DNA from: an uncultured Planctomycetaceae bacterium
Lineage (GTDB): Bacteria > Planctomycetota > Planctomycetia > Pirellulales > PALSA-1355
Reading direction: 5' to 3'
NCBI GenBank assembly: GCA_963785305.1
Contig: CAWAUV010000008.1
Coordinates: 352,001-416,000 of the forward strand
Length of the DNA: 64,000 bases
A model generated the notes under the pieces. The model saw only the letters and a program-made list of their open reading frames with translations, had not been told where the DNA came from and did no database searches. Within the stretch, counting starts at the first letter, position 1. Every line of letters begins with the position of its first letter. Made by a program: the position numbers and the translations under genes. Positions 33,482 to 45,228 of this stretch are shown piece after piece.

Positions 33482-34551
33482 TTGATCTCCGAATGTTTTC
33501 GGAACGCAACAGGGATTCATCGGCCTCGTGCGGGAGCGAGCGAATCTGCACCGTCTATTTCGCTTTTCTGTTCGACGAAAGGTCTCATCGTGGTAGCCGC
33601 TTTCAAGCCCCGCGGTCGCTGTCTTTCGTTCTCGTTGCGAACATTGCTATTGGTGGTTCTGCTCTTCGGCGGCGGATTAGGCTGGCTGATGCATCATCGA
33701 CGGCAAAACTCCGATCTCTCCGAGACGCTGAAGGCGGCGGGATTTGACTGGTCGACGGGAGGAGGAGCTGAGTGCCTCCCGCAACCGGCATGGAGTTCAA
33801 TGTTGTTCGGACCAGACCCTCGCGCGCGACATCGGTGGCATTTCGTGGTGGTACATTTCCCGCTGCAACTGACCGAGATTTATCCTATCTTCGAGGCTTT
33901 ACAAATCTGTTCAGCATTAACCTTAACGAGACGCGGATCACCGATGCGGGCCTAGCAAACCTGAGAGGCATGACGAATCTCGAATGGCTATGGCTCAAAA
34001 ACACGAAGGTCACCGATGCCGGCCTGATCCATCTTCAAGGCATGACTCAGCTTGCGGTACTCGTTCTTCAAAATACGGAAACCACGGACAGTGGATTAGA
34101 GCACCTTCGGGGCTTGACCCAGTTGCAACAGCTTGATTTGCACGGCACACGAATCACCGATGCGGGGCTTGTCAATCTTCAAGGCATGACACAACTTTGG
34201 GATTTACTGCTTGGCCATACGAATGTCACCGATGCTGGACTATGTAGCATTGAACGGATGGATCAGCTGAAAAGCTTACGGCTCAATGGCCTTGGCATAA
34301 CTGACGACGGACTCGCTCATCTTCAAGGTCTGACAAGACTGGAGCTGCTCGACCTTGGGAGCACACCAATCACGGATGCGGGGCTTCCCAAGCTCAAAGG
34401 TTTAACATTTCTGAAACTCCTCATCCTCAGCAGTACGCAAATCACCGATGCCGGACTGATGCATTCTGAAGAGCCTGGGAAATTTGGAATCCCTTATCCT
34501 AGACGAGACCCAGATCACCGACTCCGGGTTTGCGCACCTTTCGACAATTAA
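33482..34551 (+). CDS. Membrane-anchored LRR protein (putative immunity), frameshifted
   Basis: FSLRTLLL plus TM helix, then about nine 24-aa ITDAGL repeats; start codon uncertain. Confidence 0.75.
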
Positions 34552-34734
34552 ACCGCTTGACCAATCTTCAATTGAAAGGAACCCAGGTATCCAACGCGGC
34601 GGTAGGTCGGTTGGCAACTTGCCTTGCTCATCCACTGGTCGTAAGCGGGCCCGGCGCAAATACTGCCATCATATTTCCATAGGTGGCCTGTCCATCCCGT
34701 AAACTCATGGAGTGGAAAACGAGTGGAAAACGGG

Positions 34735-35075
34735 GGCGAATTCAAAGGGGTCAGGACTCATTGATTTCGCTGGCGGCGGTTTTTCGACCCGGCGAATTCA
34801 AAGGGGTCAGGACTCATTGATTTCGCTGGCGGCGGTTTTTGGGACCGGTGGGCAGTCTTTGCTGACGTTCAGCTGTCCGAGCGCCGGCAGCCCCGCCACG
34901 CGGGTGCGGCGAATCAGCACGAATTACGAGATTCGCGGGCTTGTGAATCAAATCACGAGCTACGCCGACACCGCCGGCACGACTGTTGTCAACAATTAGA
35001 AAGTCCCCGTTGGTTAGTCAAAATCAAAGGGGTCAAAAATCAAAGGGGTCAGGACTCATTGATTTTGCTGGCGGT
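34735..35075. repeat. Repeated AAAGGGGTCAGGACTCATTGATTT REP-like motif (34744, 34800, 35042) surrounding a short Rhs fragment
   Basis: 56-bp tandem duplication; 34900-34997 encodes RISTNYEIRGLVNQITSYADT, homologous to 31375-31460. Confidence 0.75.
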
Positions 35076-35094
35076 TGTTGGTAGGCTGGCGGAC

Positions 35095-35152
35095 ATGCCA
35101 CGAGGCGACGAAGCCGGCGGCGTCTACCATGCCCTGAATCGAGCGAATGCCG
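35095..35152 (+). pseudogene. N-terminal stub of a RAYT/IS200-like transposase
   Basis: MPRGDEAGGVYHALNRANA matches the MPR...G..YH..NR.N start of RAYTs. Confidence 0.6.
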
Positions 35153-35153
35153 C

Positions 35154-35270
35154 GTGCCATGCCCACGCTTGCGTGGGCATGCCGTCAATGGTTCGACTGT
35201 TGCCGTGAGCGACCAATCACAAGCCCGCGTCGCGCGGCCTCGACATGCACACACTTGTCATGGGCATGAG
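35154..35270. repeat. REP-like palindromes CATGCCCACGC-TT-GCGTGGGCATG
   Basis: Perfect hairpin at 35158-35181, degenerate second copy ~35244-35269; same family at 46718-46799. Confidence 0.7.
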
Positions 35271-35613
35271 CGTCGATCGGCATGGCGCCCTGCGCCGTCC
35301 AGCATTGGGGTGCATTTGTCGCGGCAAGTTATTGGTATTTCAAGATTTCGAGCCTCCGATACGCGATGCCCGTCGCGATCGGGGGCTTGTTAGGCTTCTC
35401 GTTCTGGGCGTAAGATGGCTGGCGGTGCGCTTCGATCCGACGATCGAACCCGATCTCGGCGAGCAACGCATTGAGTTGTTGATATAGGGATGCCCGTCCG
35501 ACCCGCGGTCGCGCTCCGAAACGTGGATTCCGAATCGTGGATGCGGAGCGATCGGGCGAGCCTGTGTTCTGTTCCCAGTGGCGGCCTGCGCTCAATTGGA
35601 GTTTCGCCAAACC

Positions 35614-36671
35614 GTGGCTTCGCTTGCGACGACTCTCGATTCTCAAGACACCGCCCCGCGGCCGGCCCCGCGCCCTGCGCCGCTCAAGATCGGTCCGCTG
35701 GTGATCGATCCGCCGCTGTTGCAAGCGCCCATGGCGGGCTACACGAACTATGCCTTTCGCCAGATTGTGCGCGAGCTCGGCGGCGCCGGGCTGCAAGCCA
35801 CCGAAATGGTCAACGCCAAGGGCTTTTTGTGGCTCGAAAACCACGAGCAAGAATTACCCGATCGACTCTGGGGCGTCGCCGATGAACCGCGGCCGCTGGC
35901 GGTGCAAATCTGGGACAACGATCCCGGCACGCTCGCCGCCGTGGGCGCCAAGCTGCGCATGAAATGCGGGTCAGCGTGGTCGATATCAATTTCGGCTGCC
36001 CGGTCAAGCAAGTCACCGAGCGAGCCCACAGCGGATCGTATCTGCTGCGGCATCCGGAGCGCATGCTGGCGATCATCGAACGCGTGGTGGCGGCCTGTGC
36101 GCCGACTCCGGTGACGGCCAAGATTCGCCTTGGTTGCGCGCGCGATTGCATCAACGCGATCGATGTGGCGCGAGTGGTTGAGGCGGCCGGCGCGGCGGCG
36201 CTCACGGTGCATGGCCGCGTGGCCGAAGACTATTTCAGCGGCTCGGCCGATTGGGATCAGATCGCCGCCATCAAGCCGCATTTGCGCCGAATTCCGCTCA
36301 TTGGCAATGGCGATCTCGCCACGCCCGAGGCGGTGGTCGAAGCGTTTCGCCGTTATCCGGTCGATGGGGTGATGATTGCCCGCGCGGCGCTCAATCGGCC
36401 GTGGCTCTTTCGTCAGGCCCAAGCGGCGCTTTGCGGCGAGCCGATTCCGCCCAACCCCACGCTCGCCGAGGAACGCGCGCTTCTGCTGCGGCACTATGAG
36501 CTTGTCTGCCGGCGATTCGGCGTCGAGAAGGGCACCGTGCTCATGCGAAAGTTCGCGGCCTGCTATGCCCAAGGCCGGCCCGGCGCGAGCCAGTTTCGCG
36601 GCCATGTCAGCAAGGTGGCCACGCCCGAGGAATTTCGCGACTGCGTGGCGACGCATTTTCCGTTGGCCTAG
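35614..36671 (+). CDS. dusB: tRNA-dihydrouridine synthase, DusB/NifR3-like (frameshift ~35960)
   Basis: APMAGYT, DINFGCP, PVTAKIRLG, LTVHGR, IPLIGNGDL, DGVMIAR. Confidence 0.85.
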
Positions 36672-36696
36672 CGAAAACATCGAGGCGCAGGGCTTT

Positions 36697-37566
36697 TTAA
36701 GGATTAGACCCGCGGCGTCGCGAGCGCGCGTATCGCCGAGCACGCCCCGCCAGGGCCAAGAAGCCGAACACCGCGAGCACCAGGGTCGAAGGCTCGGGAA
36801 CCGACACGATTTGAAAGCCATTGAGCACGGCGCGAGGGTTGGCCCCGCCGGGCGTCGAGTCGTATTGAGCGGTTGCCGTCAACGTAAACGAGGTTCCCGT
36901 CACGTTCGCGAACTCGTAGTAATTTCCCGGCGTGCCGCCCCCGGAGCCGCTCACGCCCGAAGTGGCGAGAATGAAACTCCCCGTGGTGGTTTGACCGCTG
37001 CTGGTAAGAATGGCGGTGCTGTTGTAGGTGGCAGCGCCATTTTCCAATTGATACGAGCCCCCACGACCCGCGACTTGGCCGGCGATGTAAATGAACACAT
37101 CGTAGGGCGTGCTGCCGGCGCCGGCGATCGCCGTCGGTAAACTCGAAATCGTCACGGTCGAGCCGGTATCGAGATAACCGTCGAATAAATCGTAGTCGCC
37201 AGGATTGCCACCGGTTTGCGCCCCCGTATATGCGGAATAAATTCCACCGCCGCTCGTCCAAGTCAACGAGGTGGGAGTGGAGGCGTCGGTATCCGTCAGC
37301 GATGCGCTTCCGCTGCTGGTGGTTTCGATATTCCATCCTGTTTGTGGAGCAAATCCGGCCGAGGTTCCATTTGGAATCGCCGTGCCGCCGGCAAACTGCA
37401 CTCCGATCATGTCGGCGTGGGCGCCACAGGGCACGGCGAAAATCGCCGCGGCAAACATGGCAATCCGGAGCGACGTGGGCACGAAGTTGAGATTTCCATG
37501 GATCGTCGGCGGGCAACCGCGACCGAAGGCGGCGGGAAGAGTGCGGGTTGTGCGTTTTTCCATTGG
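36697..37566 (-). CDS. PEP-CTERM sorting-domain surface protein
   Basis: Signal peptide ending GAHA-D; S/T/G-rich body; VPEPSTLVL + TM helix + basic tail; start codon uncertain. Confidence 0.85.
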   Translation of the reverse strand, partial: PMEKRTTRTLPAAFGRGCPPTIHGNLNFVPTSLRIAMFAAAIFAVPCGAHADMIGVQFAGGTAIPNGTSAGFAPQTGWNIETTSSGSASLTDTDASTPTSLTWTSGGGIYSAYTGAQTGGNPGDYDLFDGYLDTGSTVTISSLPTAIAGAGSTPYDVFIYIAGQVAGRGGSYQLENGAATYNSTAILTSSGQTTTGSFILATSGVSGSGGGTPGNYYEFANVTGTSFTLTATAQYDSTPGGANPRAVLNGFQIVSVPEPSTLVLAVFGFLALAGRARRYARSRRRGSNP

Positions 37567-38104
37567 CGTGCTCACTGAACCAAAGTCGCATTGCGGGTCG
37601 TCGCGTTCGACCGCCAGCGCCTCGACTCCGGCGAACCGGCGTCGCGGGCGCCGGTGGCAACCCAGATCAACCTCAAAGCCTAATTGCACGAAGTTCTACG
37701 TCAATAGTTGAAAAATGCAATCCGGCGAGTTTCGAGGCGCAAAGGAAGAAATAATAATTAGCGGAGGATTATCGGGCCTGCGGTTCGCGCCTGGGGCAAG
37801 GGATCGTGGCGGACGTCGCTAAGGGCCGTTCCGAGAACCCTCGCTCGTCCCCTTTCCCATGCGGGGACAGGGCACGCGGTGTCGGATCGGCTCTAAGCAC
37901 TGCTCGTGAACATGGGCGATCGCTCGCGTGGGCCGCCTTGTGGTCGCGGGGGGCGTGCGTTAATTTCAATGCACGGCGCGGCCGTTCCGGTGGGACGCCG
38001 GGCATTTTCGGGACTTTCGCGTTCACGGGCAAGGAGGTCGATGAATCGCATGGCCAAGACTCGATATTTCAGCCGGCGCCGCGAAATCTCGGCGCGCGAA
38101 GGGC

Positions 38105-41100
38105 ATGTTCGATTCGCCCGCTCGACGGCAGGGCTTCATCCTCGATATGAAGGGCGCGGCCTCGGTCGTTTATCACGACGACGAGTTGCTGCTCGGCGAA
38201 GTCAAGGAAGGCGGCGAAACGAGCCTGGTGGCGATCGAAATCCGGCCCGCGCAATACGGCGTCGAATTCGCCGCCGCCTGCACCTGCGCGAAAAACCGCT
38301 GCCATCATATGTTCGCCACGCTGAGGGCGTTCGACGCGATCGGCGGCGGCGCGTTGTTCGAGGGCGCGAGTCCCATCCCCGTCCATGCGAACTCGCCATC
38401 GGAGGTGCGTTCGATCTTCGAGCGCCACCGCGCAAAAATCGAAATCTTCCGCCGGTTCGCCGGCAACATCGGTCGCGGCAGCGCTCCCGCGAGCGACGCC
38501 GGCACGCGCGTCGCCAAGGCCGGCGGCTCCTTGCCCGCGCGAACCAAGCCCAAACCAAAGCCAGCCAAGCCGGCCCCGCCGCCGTGGAAGCGCGCCCTGA
38601 GCTCGATCCGTGCGCTCGAAATCAAGTCCCGACAGACTTCGAGCTTCTCGCGCGGGTTCGACGAAGACACGCAAATCATCTATGGAATTCTCCTCAGGTC
38701 GACCCGACAGCAAGACCGGCCAGTGGTGGTCGTGTATCAGCGCGAGCGACTCAAATCGGGCGCTTGGGGCAAAGCCAAACGACTGCGCCGTTCGCCCAGC
38801 ACCATGACGAAGCGCCAGGACGATCAGGACCCGTATTTGCTTGAAATGTTGGTTGGCTCCACGAAGCCAAGCCACTATTGGAGTTACGGAAACTTCGATG
38901 ACATCGAACTGGCGCCCGGACTCTATGATGTGGTGATGCCGCGCTTGTGCGCCACCGGCCGCTGCTGCCTGGCGCACGAGGTCGATGGGCCATTTCCCGA
39001 TGCCCCGTTTCTGACTTGGGACCCAGGCCCCGCTTGGCGATGCGACACGCCGTGGATGCACGACGCCTCCGCGGGCGAATGGCGCTGCGCGGGCGTGCTC
39101 GCGCGGGAGACGCCCGAGGGCCGGGAGCAGGTTTCTTTCGAATCCGTCGAGGCCCTGCTCTCCGATGGCCTCGTGATTTTTCCCGACCGCGTCGTGCGCC
39201 TCGAGCCCGTGGCCGCCACTCGCTTGGGCTGGATCATGATGCTCGATGAGCGGCCCCTGGTGGTCAAGGAATCCGAGCAGGACGCTTTTGCCGGCGAAAT
39301 GATGAAACTTTCGCGCGACGCGCGAATCGCGCTACCGGAAGCCTTCGGCTGGCGGGTCGACGACGTGGACCCGATTCCCTGTCTCAGCGTGACCCATTCG
39401 CGCAAGCGAGGCTCGGTGGAATCCTTGCTCGCGAAAGTCAGGTTCGACTACTTGGGGTCGGAAACCGCGACCACCTACTTCGGGCAATCGTTTGTCGACA
39501 CCGCCGAGCGTCGGGTGGTCGATCGCTTGCCCGAGCGCGAGAAATCACGTTGGAAAGAACTTCGCGCCGCGGGCTTCGCGGAGTCTGGGTATTCGTTTGA
39601 ACAGGCCGATGGCGAACTCCCAGCCAAGCTTTTTTCCGCGGCGGCCGAGCAATTGATTGCACAAGGCTGGCGGATCGAAGCCGAGGGAGCTCGGATGCGT
39701 TCGCCGGGCGAGATCCGTGTCAGCGTGGTGAGCGGAGTCGATTGGTTCGACCTCGCCGTCGATTGCGATTTCGATGGCGTCAAGGCTTCGCTCCCCAGCT
39801 TGCTCGCCGCGCTGCAAAAGGGAGAGCGTTTCGTCGAGCTCGGCGATGGCACGCGCGGCATGTTGCCCGAGGAATGGCTCGCCAAGTATGGGCCGCTCGC
39901 CGAGCTCGGCACGGTGGCGGGCGATCAAATGCGCTTTCGTCTCTCGCAAACCCTGATTCTCGACGCGCTGCTCGCCGCCCAGCCCGCGGCCGATCTCGAC
40001 GCGACCTTTGTCCGCACGCGCGAAAAGCTCAAGGCCTTTTCAGGTATTCAGCCGATCGACGCCCCCGAGACATTTCATGGCCAACTGCGCGGCTATCAGC
40101 GCGAGGGGCTTGGCTGGCTACGATTCTTGGAAGAGTACGGTTTCGGCGGCTGCCTGGCCGATGACATGGGCTTGGGCAAAACGGTGCAAGTACTCGCCCT
40201 GCTCGAAGCCAAGCGGCTCGAAGCCCAGAGGGCGGGATCGAACGGCCACCGCGACAAGGGCGCGACGAAAACGAAGGCGACATCGCTCAAGACGCTGGTC
40301 GTGGCCCCCAAGAGCCTCGTCTTCAATTGGATCGACGAAGCCAAACGCTTCACGCCCGAACTGCGCACGCTCGACTACACCGGCCTCGCGCAAGGAAGTC
40401 CGCGACCAAGTGGCCGACGCCGATCTGATCGTGACCACCTACGGCACGATCCGACGGGATATCGTCGAGCTCAAGGACGTGAAGTTCAATCTCGTGGTGC
40501 TCGACGAGGCCCAGGCGATCAAGAATCCCGCTTCGCAATCAGCCAAAGCTTGCCGCCTGCTCGTGGCCGACAACCGACTGGCAATGACCGGCACTCCGGT
40601 TGAAAATCATCTGGGCGATCTTTGGTCGATTTTCGAATTTCTAAATCCAGGCATGCTCGGCCGCTCGAGCGGCTTGCGAATGTTCGCCGGCAAATCGCTG
40701 CCCGACGCCTCGTCGGTCGAACTGCTGTCGCGGGCACTGCGTCCGTTCATGCTCCGCCGAACCAAGGAACAGGTGCTCACGGAGTTGCCGGAAAAAACCG
40801 AGCAAACCCTGTACTGCGATCTCGAGAGCCAGCAGCGAAAACTCTACAACGAACTGCGCGACCACTATCGGGCCCAACTCGCGCGAAAAATTCAGGCCGA
40901 TGGCATCGAGCGCTCGAAAATCCAGGTGCTCGAGGCGTTGCTGCGGCTGCGACAGGTCGCCTGCCATCCGGCGCTTGTCGACAAGTCGAAGGCCGATGTG
41001 CCGAGCGCCAAATTAGAAACGCTGCTCGAGCAGCTGCGCGAAGTGATCGTCGAAGGCCACAAAGCGCTCGTGTTTTCGCAGTTCACCTCGCTGCTGGCGC

Positions 41101-41510
41101 TCGTGCGCGCCGAGCTGGAGGAGCGCGATATCGTGTATGAATATCTCGATGGCAAAACGACCCAGCGAAAACAGAAGGTCGATCGCTTTCAGTCCGATCC
41201 GGCTTGCTCGGTATTTCTCATCAGCCTCAAGGCCGGCGGGCACGGTTTGAATCTCACGGCGGCCGACTATGTGTTCATTCTCGATCCGTGGTGGAATCCC
41301 GCGGTGGAAGCGCAAGCCGTGGATCGCGCCCATCGGCTGGGTCAGGCCAAGCCGGTGTTTGCCTACCGACTCATTGCCCGCGACACGGTGGAAGAAAAGA
41401 TTATGCAGCTTCAGGGCCAAAAGCGCGATCTGGCCGAGGCGGTGATCACGGCCGACACCAGCCTCTTGCGCTCGCTGAGCTCCGAGGATTTGCAAACGCT
41501 GCTGAGCTAA
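38105..41510 (+). CDS. SWIM zinc finger + SNF2-family helicase (frameshift ~40390)
   Basis: CTC...CHH; LRGYQ, GCLADDMGLGKT, LDEAQAIKN, MTGTPVENHL, KALVFSQF, GLNLTAADYV, DPWWNPAVEAQAVDRAHRLGQ. Confidence 0.92.
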
Positions 41511-41722
41511 GAATCTCTTGAAAAATGCCACGATGGCCGCGACGGCATTTTGCAACAGGCTGGTTAGCAGGGGCGTTGCGGACATTGGCGATGCCCTTGC
41601 CAGGGCGCGCCCTACCTCTCGATGGGCGCCCCCGGGGCTCCTGGGCGCCCGCGCAACTGGGCCGCTGCGCGACTGGGCCCCTGCGCGACTGGGCGGCTGG
41701 GCCCCTGGGCCCCTGGGCCCCT

Positions 41723-43442
41723 GGGACCAGTTCAGCTTATGCGGCGGTGGCGAGGGGGGTGGAGCGGCGGTGGAAGGGGTGGCCGGGGCGTTGCGAGAGG
41801 TAGTCCTTGAGCCGGCCGTCGTCGCTGAGGGCGGCGGCGCGGAGCTGCAAGATCGCTTCCGCTCCGTCGGGATCGTCCCAGAACATTTCGGTCCCTTTCA
41901 CGCGCAGGTTCATCTGTTTGATCAGCGACTCCATCGGCGCGCTGGTGACCGGCAGGCCCAGGCGGCGATAGCTGGGATAGTCCATCCGCTGGCGATTGTT
42001 CGTCAAGTACCGCACGGCGTCGACGAGCGGTTTCTCCGCGTCACTGGGTTTCGTATCTTCCCAGTCGATGCCCCGGGCGAGGCAGGCTTGCTTGATCTCG
42101 TCGATCACGTGATCGACCTGGCCTTGCCAGCACCAGGTGACGAACTTTAGATAGAGCGACCAACCCTCCGCATCGTTGGCGGCCAGCGCCAGGCGCCGCG
42201 CGGTAAACGTATTGAATCGCATGAATGAAGTCGAGGACGGGCGTGAACGTCGGAAAATGTTTTTTCCAGATCGACCAGTTCCAGTTCAGGCCATCACCGA
42301 GGAAGACCCGTAAAGGAGAATCGTAGAACCGGCGCCGCTGGGCTTCGCGCCGCATCAGCGGGCCGAAATCCTCCGAGCAGGACATACTGCTCAGCGCCGT
42401 GCGCGAGCACTGCGCCGCGGGCCTTCGTACTTCACGCGGCGGGGTTTCTCGGCGGCGGATTCTTCGCCGGGTGAATCGAGGCGGGGAACCGCTTTTTCCG
42501 CGATATTCGCCACTTTTTTCGCGATGCGAAAGGAAGTCGGCAACTCGGGGCAAGCGTCTTCGTCCGCGACATGCCGCGGGTTGAGAGACATTCGCTCGAA
42601 CGAAGCGTTCTTCGTTTCGCGCCAGCCTTTCTCGCCCGACGGCACGACGCCGCGTCCCCGGCCCGGCTCGCGCGTGCGAATGCGGCCGCCGTCGCAAGAG
42701 ACCACCGCCGCTTCCGGCACGACGACTTCCTTGACGACTTTTTTATTGTCGCTGGGCGCCGGCAGTGCCTTCCCGTCGGCCAGTTCCTGGCCCACCTGTT
42801 TCACCAAACGCCGAATCGTGCTGCAGGGAACTTTGTGTCCCAGCACTTGCTCGGTGATCACTTCCGCGCGCTTGAACGAACGGACTTCCGCGGCTAGGCA
42901 GACCACGGCTCGCGTCAACTCGGGCGTGACCTCGCGGCTATCGAGTCCCAACGTCAACCGCTGAGGGAAAAAAAGACCGCCGGCAGCGGTCGCAGTAAGC
43001 GGTCGTCTCGGTCACCTCGACCCGGCCATCCAGGCTGGTGACCGGCCTCGTTGCGGTTTGCACGCGGCACGACGCTCCGCAGGTGGGGCAGTTCGCTTCC
43101 GTCGGGCAGCTCGCGGCGACTTCACGCATCGCTCGCTCTTGGGCTTCACGGCTCAACTCGCGGCCGAGCGTGATAGCATACCGCTCGATGACGCTATAGT
43201 GCGGCGTGCCGAGGAACGCCCCCTGCTCGACCATCTCCTCGATTCCCAGTTCGGCCAGTTCCCGCAAAAGTTCCTTCCTCCTGGCCTCGCGGGCCTGCAT
43301 CGCGGCGTCCATGCCTAGCGCTCCTTAAGCAAGTTTCGTTCACCGATCAAATCCACCTCGCCCAGCTTACCACACAAACCCCGAATTCTCCTATTGACGT
43401 TTCCACATCCACCCCCCAACCCGCAAAAGCTGAACTGGTCCC
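41723..43442 (-). mobile_element. ISKra4/ISLre2-like (IS256 superfamily-related) insertion sequence
   Basis: 22-bp terminal IRs GGGACCAGTTCAGCTT(A/T)TGCGG at 41723-41744 and 43421-43442; flanking TGGGCCCC direct repeat; Zn-finger ORF ending RRSFFP; motifs SCDGG, LGDG...W, LDFIHA, YL.NN..RMDY..YR..GLP..S..MES. Confidence 0.85.
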
Positions 43443-43547
43443 GTGGGCCCCTGGCCCCTGGGCTCGACGCGAACCCGCGTTGTTTGGGTTCGGGGTCGAT
43501 GGTAGACTCCCGCCCCCTGGGGAATTGTCCCGCCAAGGAGTGCCATC

Positions 43548-45228
43548 TTGCTATCACGCTGGCCGATCCGCAACAAATTGTTCGTCCTCATCGGGCTGAT
43601 GCTCGTGACCGTCGTCTCGCTGGCGGCCAGCGGCTTCCATGCCACGTATGCCTATCGCGGGCTCGTGCGCGGGCTGCGCGGCCGGGCCACCGAGCTACCC
43701 CTGGCCGGCGAGCTGTGCTCGCAGGTCGACGATGCGCGAGCCACGCTGGCCCAGGCCCGGGGACTTTCGGAGCAAATCGCCGAGGCGACGTCCGGCTATG
43801 AAATGGCCCCGCGGCTGCCCGAACTGCTGGCGCCGCGGTTCGAATCGCTCGCGATCCAATTCCGGGAGAATCTCGAGGCCGTCGATCGCACTCTCAATCT
43901 CTATCGCGCCGAGCTCACCGAAAACGATCCGTCCGACCACAGTCTCAACAATAGCCGCGACGAATGGCAAACGGTCGACAAGATCGAGCAATCGATCGGG
44001 GCGGTCAAGGCGATCCGAGAGTCGCCCGATTGGATCCACGACGCTCCGCGCCGGCTCGCGGCCGAGCGCGAATTGACGACGCTCGCCGAACTTGGCCGCG
44101 AACTGCCGAGCTTTCTGCATCATCGGTTGGGGGCCATGGTCGACGAAGTGCGAGTCCAATATCGCACCCTGATTTTTGTCGATTATGTCACATCGTTCTC
44201 GGCCGCCATTCTCCTGGGTGTGCTGATGCGGCTGATGTACAACTGGATTTTTCGACCGCTGCGGTTGCTGGTCAAGGGTTCGCGCTGCGTGGCGGCGGGC
44301 GATTTCAATTATCGGATCCATCTCAAGACTCGCGATGAAATGTCGGAACTGGCCGAAGCGCTCAACGACATGACCGCTCGTTTCCGCGCGATTCGCGACG
44401 ATCTCGATCAACAAGTGCGCGAGCGAACCAAACAAGTCGTGCGGAGCGAGCAGCTCGCGAGTGTCGGTTTTCTGGCCGCCGGCGTGGCCCATGAGATCAA
44501 CAATCCGTTGGCGTCGATCGCCCTGTGCGCGGAATCGCTCGAAGGCCGGGTCGAGGCGGCGCTCGCCGACGCGGCCCAGGCGGCGGGCGGCGATTGGCGC
44601 GGCGACGCACGCGACGCCCGCGGCCGACGACCCCGAGCGACAAGTGATTCGCTCCTATCTGCGCATGATTCAAGATGAGGCGTTTCGCTGCAAAGGCATC
44701 ACCGAACGCCTGCTCGATTTTTCGCGCCTGGGCGATATCAAGCCCGCGGCGACCGACATGGCCGATCTAGTCGAGCGCGTGATTCATATGCTCGGCCACC
44801 ATGGAAAATATTCCGACAAGCGAATTCTCTTCGAGCCCGGCCCGCCGGTGATCGCGCTCGTCAACGAGCAAGAAATGAAACAAGTGGTGCTCAATTTGTT
44901 GACCAACGGGCTCGACGCCGTGTCCGATGGCGGCGTGGTGCGGGTATCGCTCGGCCAGGAGGCGGGACGCGCGGTCTTGACCATCGCCGACGACGGCTGC
45001 GGCATGACCGAAGAGGTCCGGCAGCATCTATTCGAACCGTTTTTCACCCGCCGCCGCACCGGCCAGGGCATCGGCCTCGGCCTTTCGATCACGTATCGCA
45101 TCGTGGCCGATCACGGAGGAGCGATCGATGTGCATAGCGACGGGCCAGGCCGCGGGTCGCGATTTCGCGTCTCGCTGCCCCTGGCCCAAAACGTGAAGGA
45201 GTCTTCCCATCGCAACCAAGCCGCTTAA
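43548..45228 (+). CDS. HAMP-domain sensor histidine kinase (frameshift ~44600)
   Basis: Two TM helices, [45 protein letters not shown]. Confidence 0.92.

Noticed and set aside
34735..34845. Mini CRISPR array
   Set aside because: Only a 56-bp tandem duplication with no unique spacers
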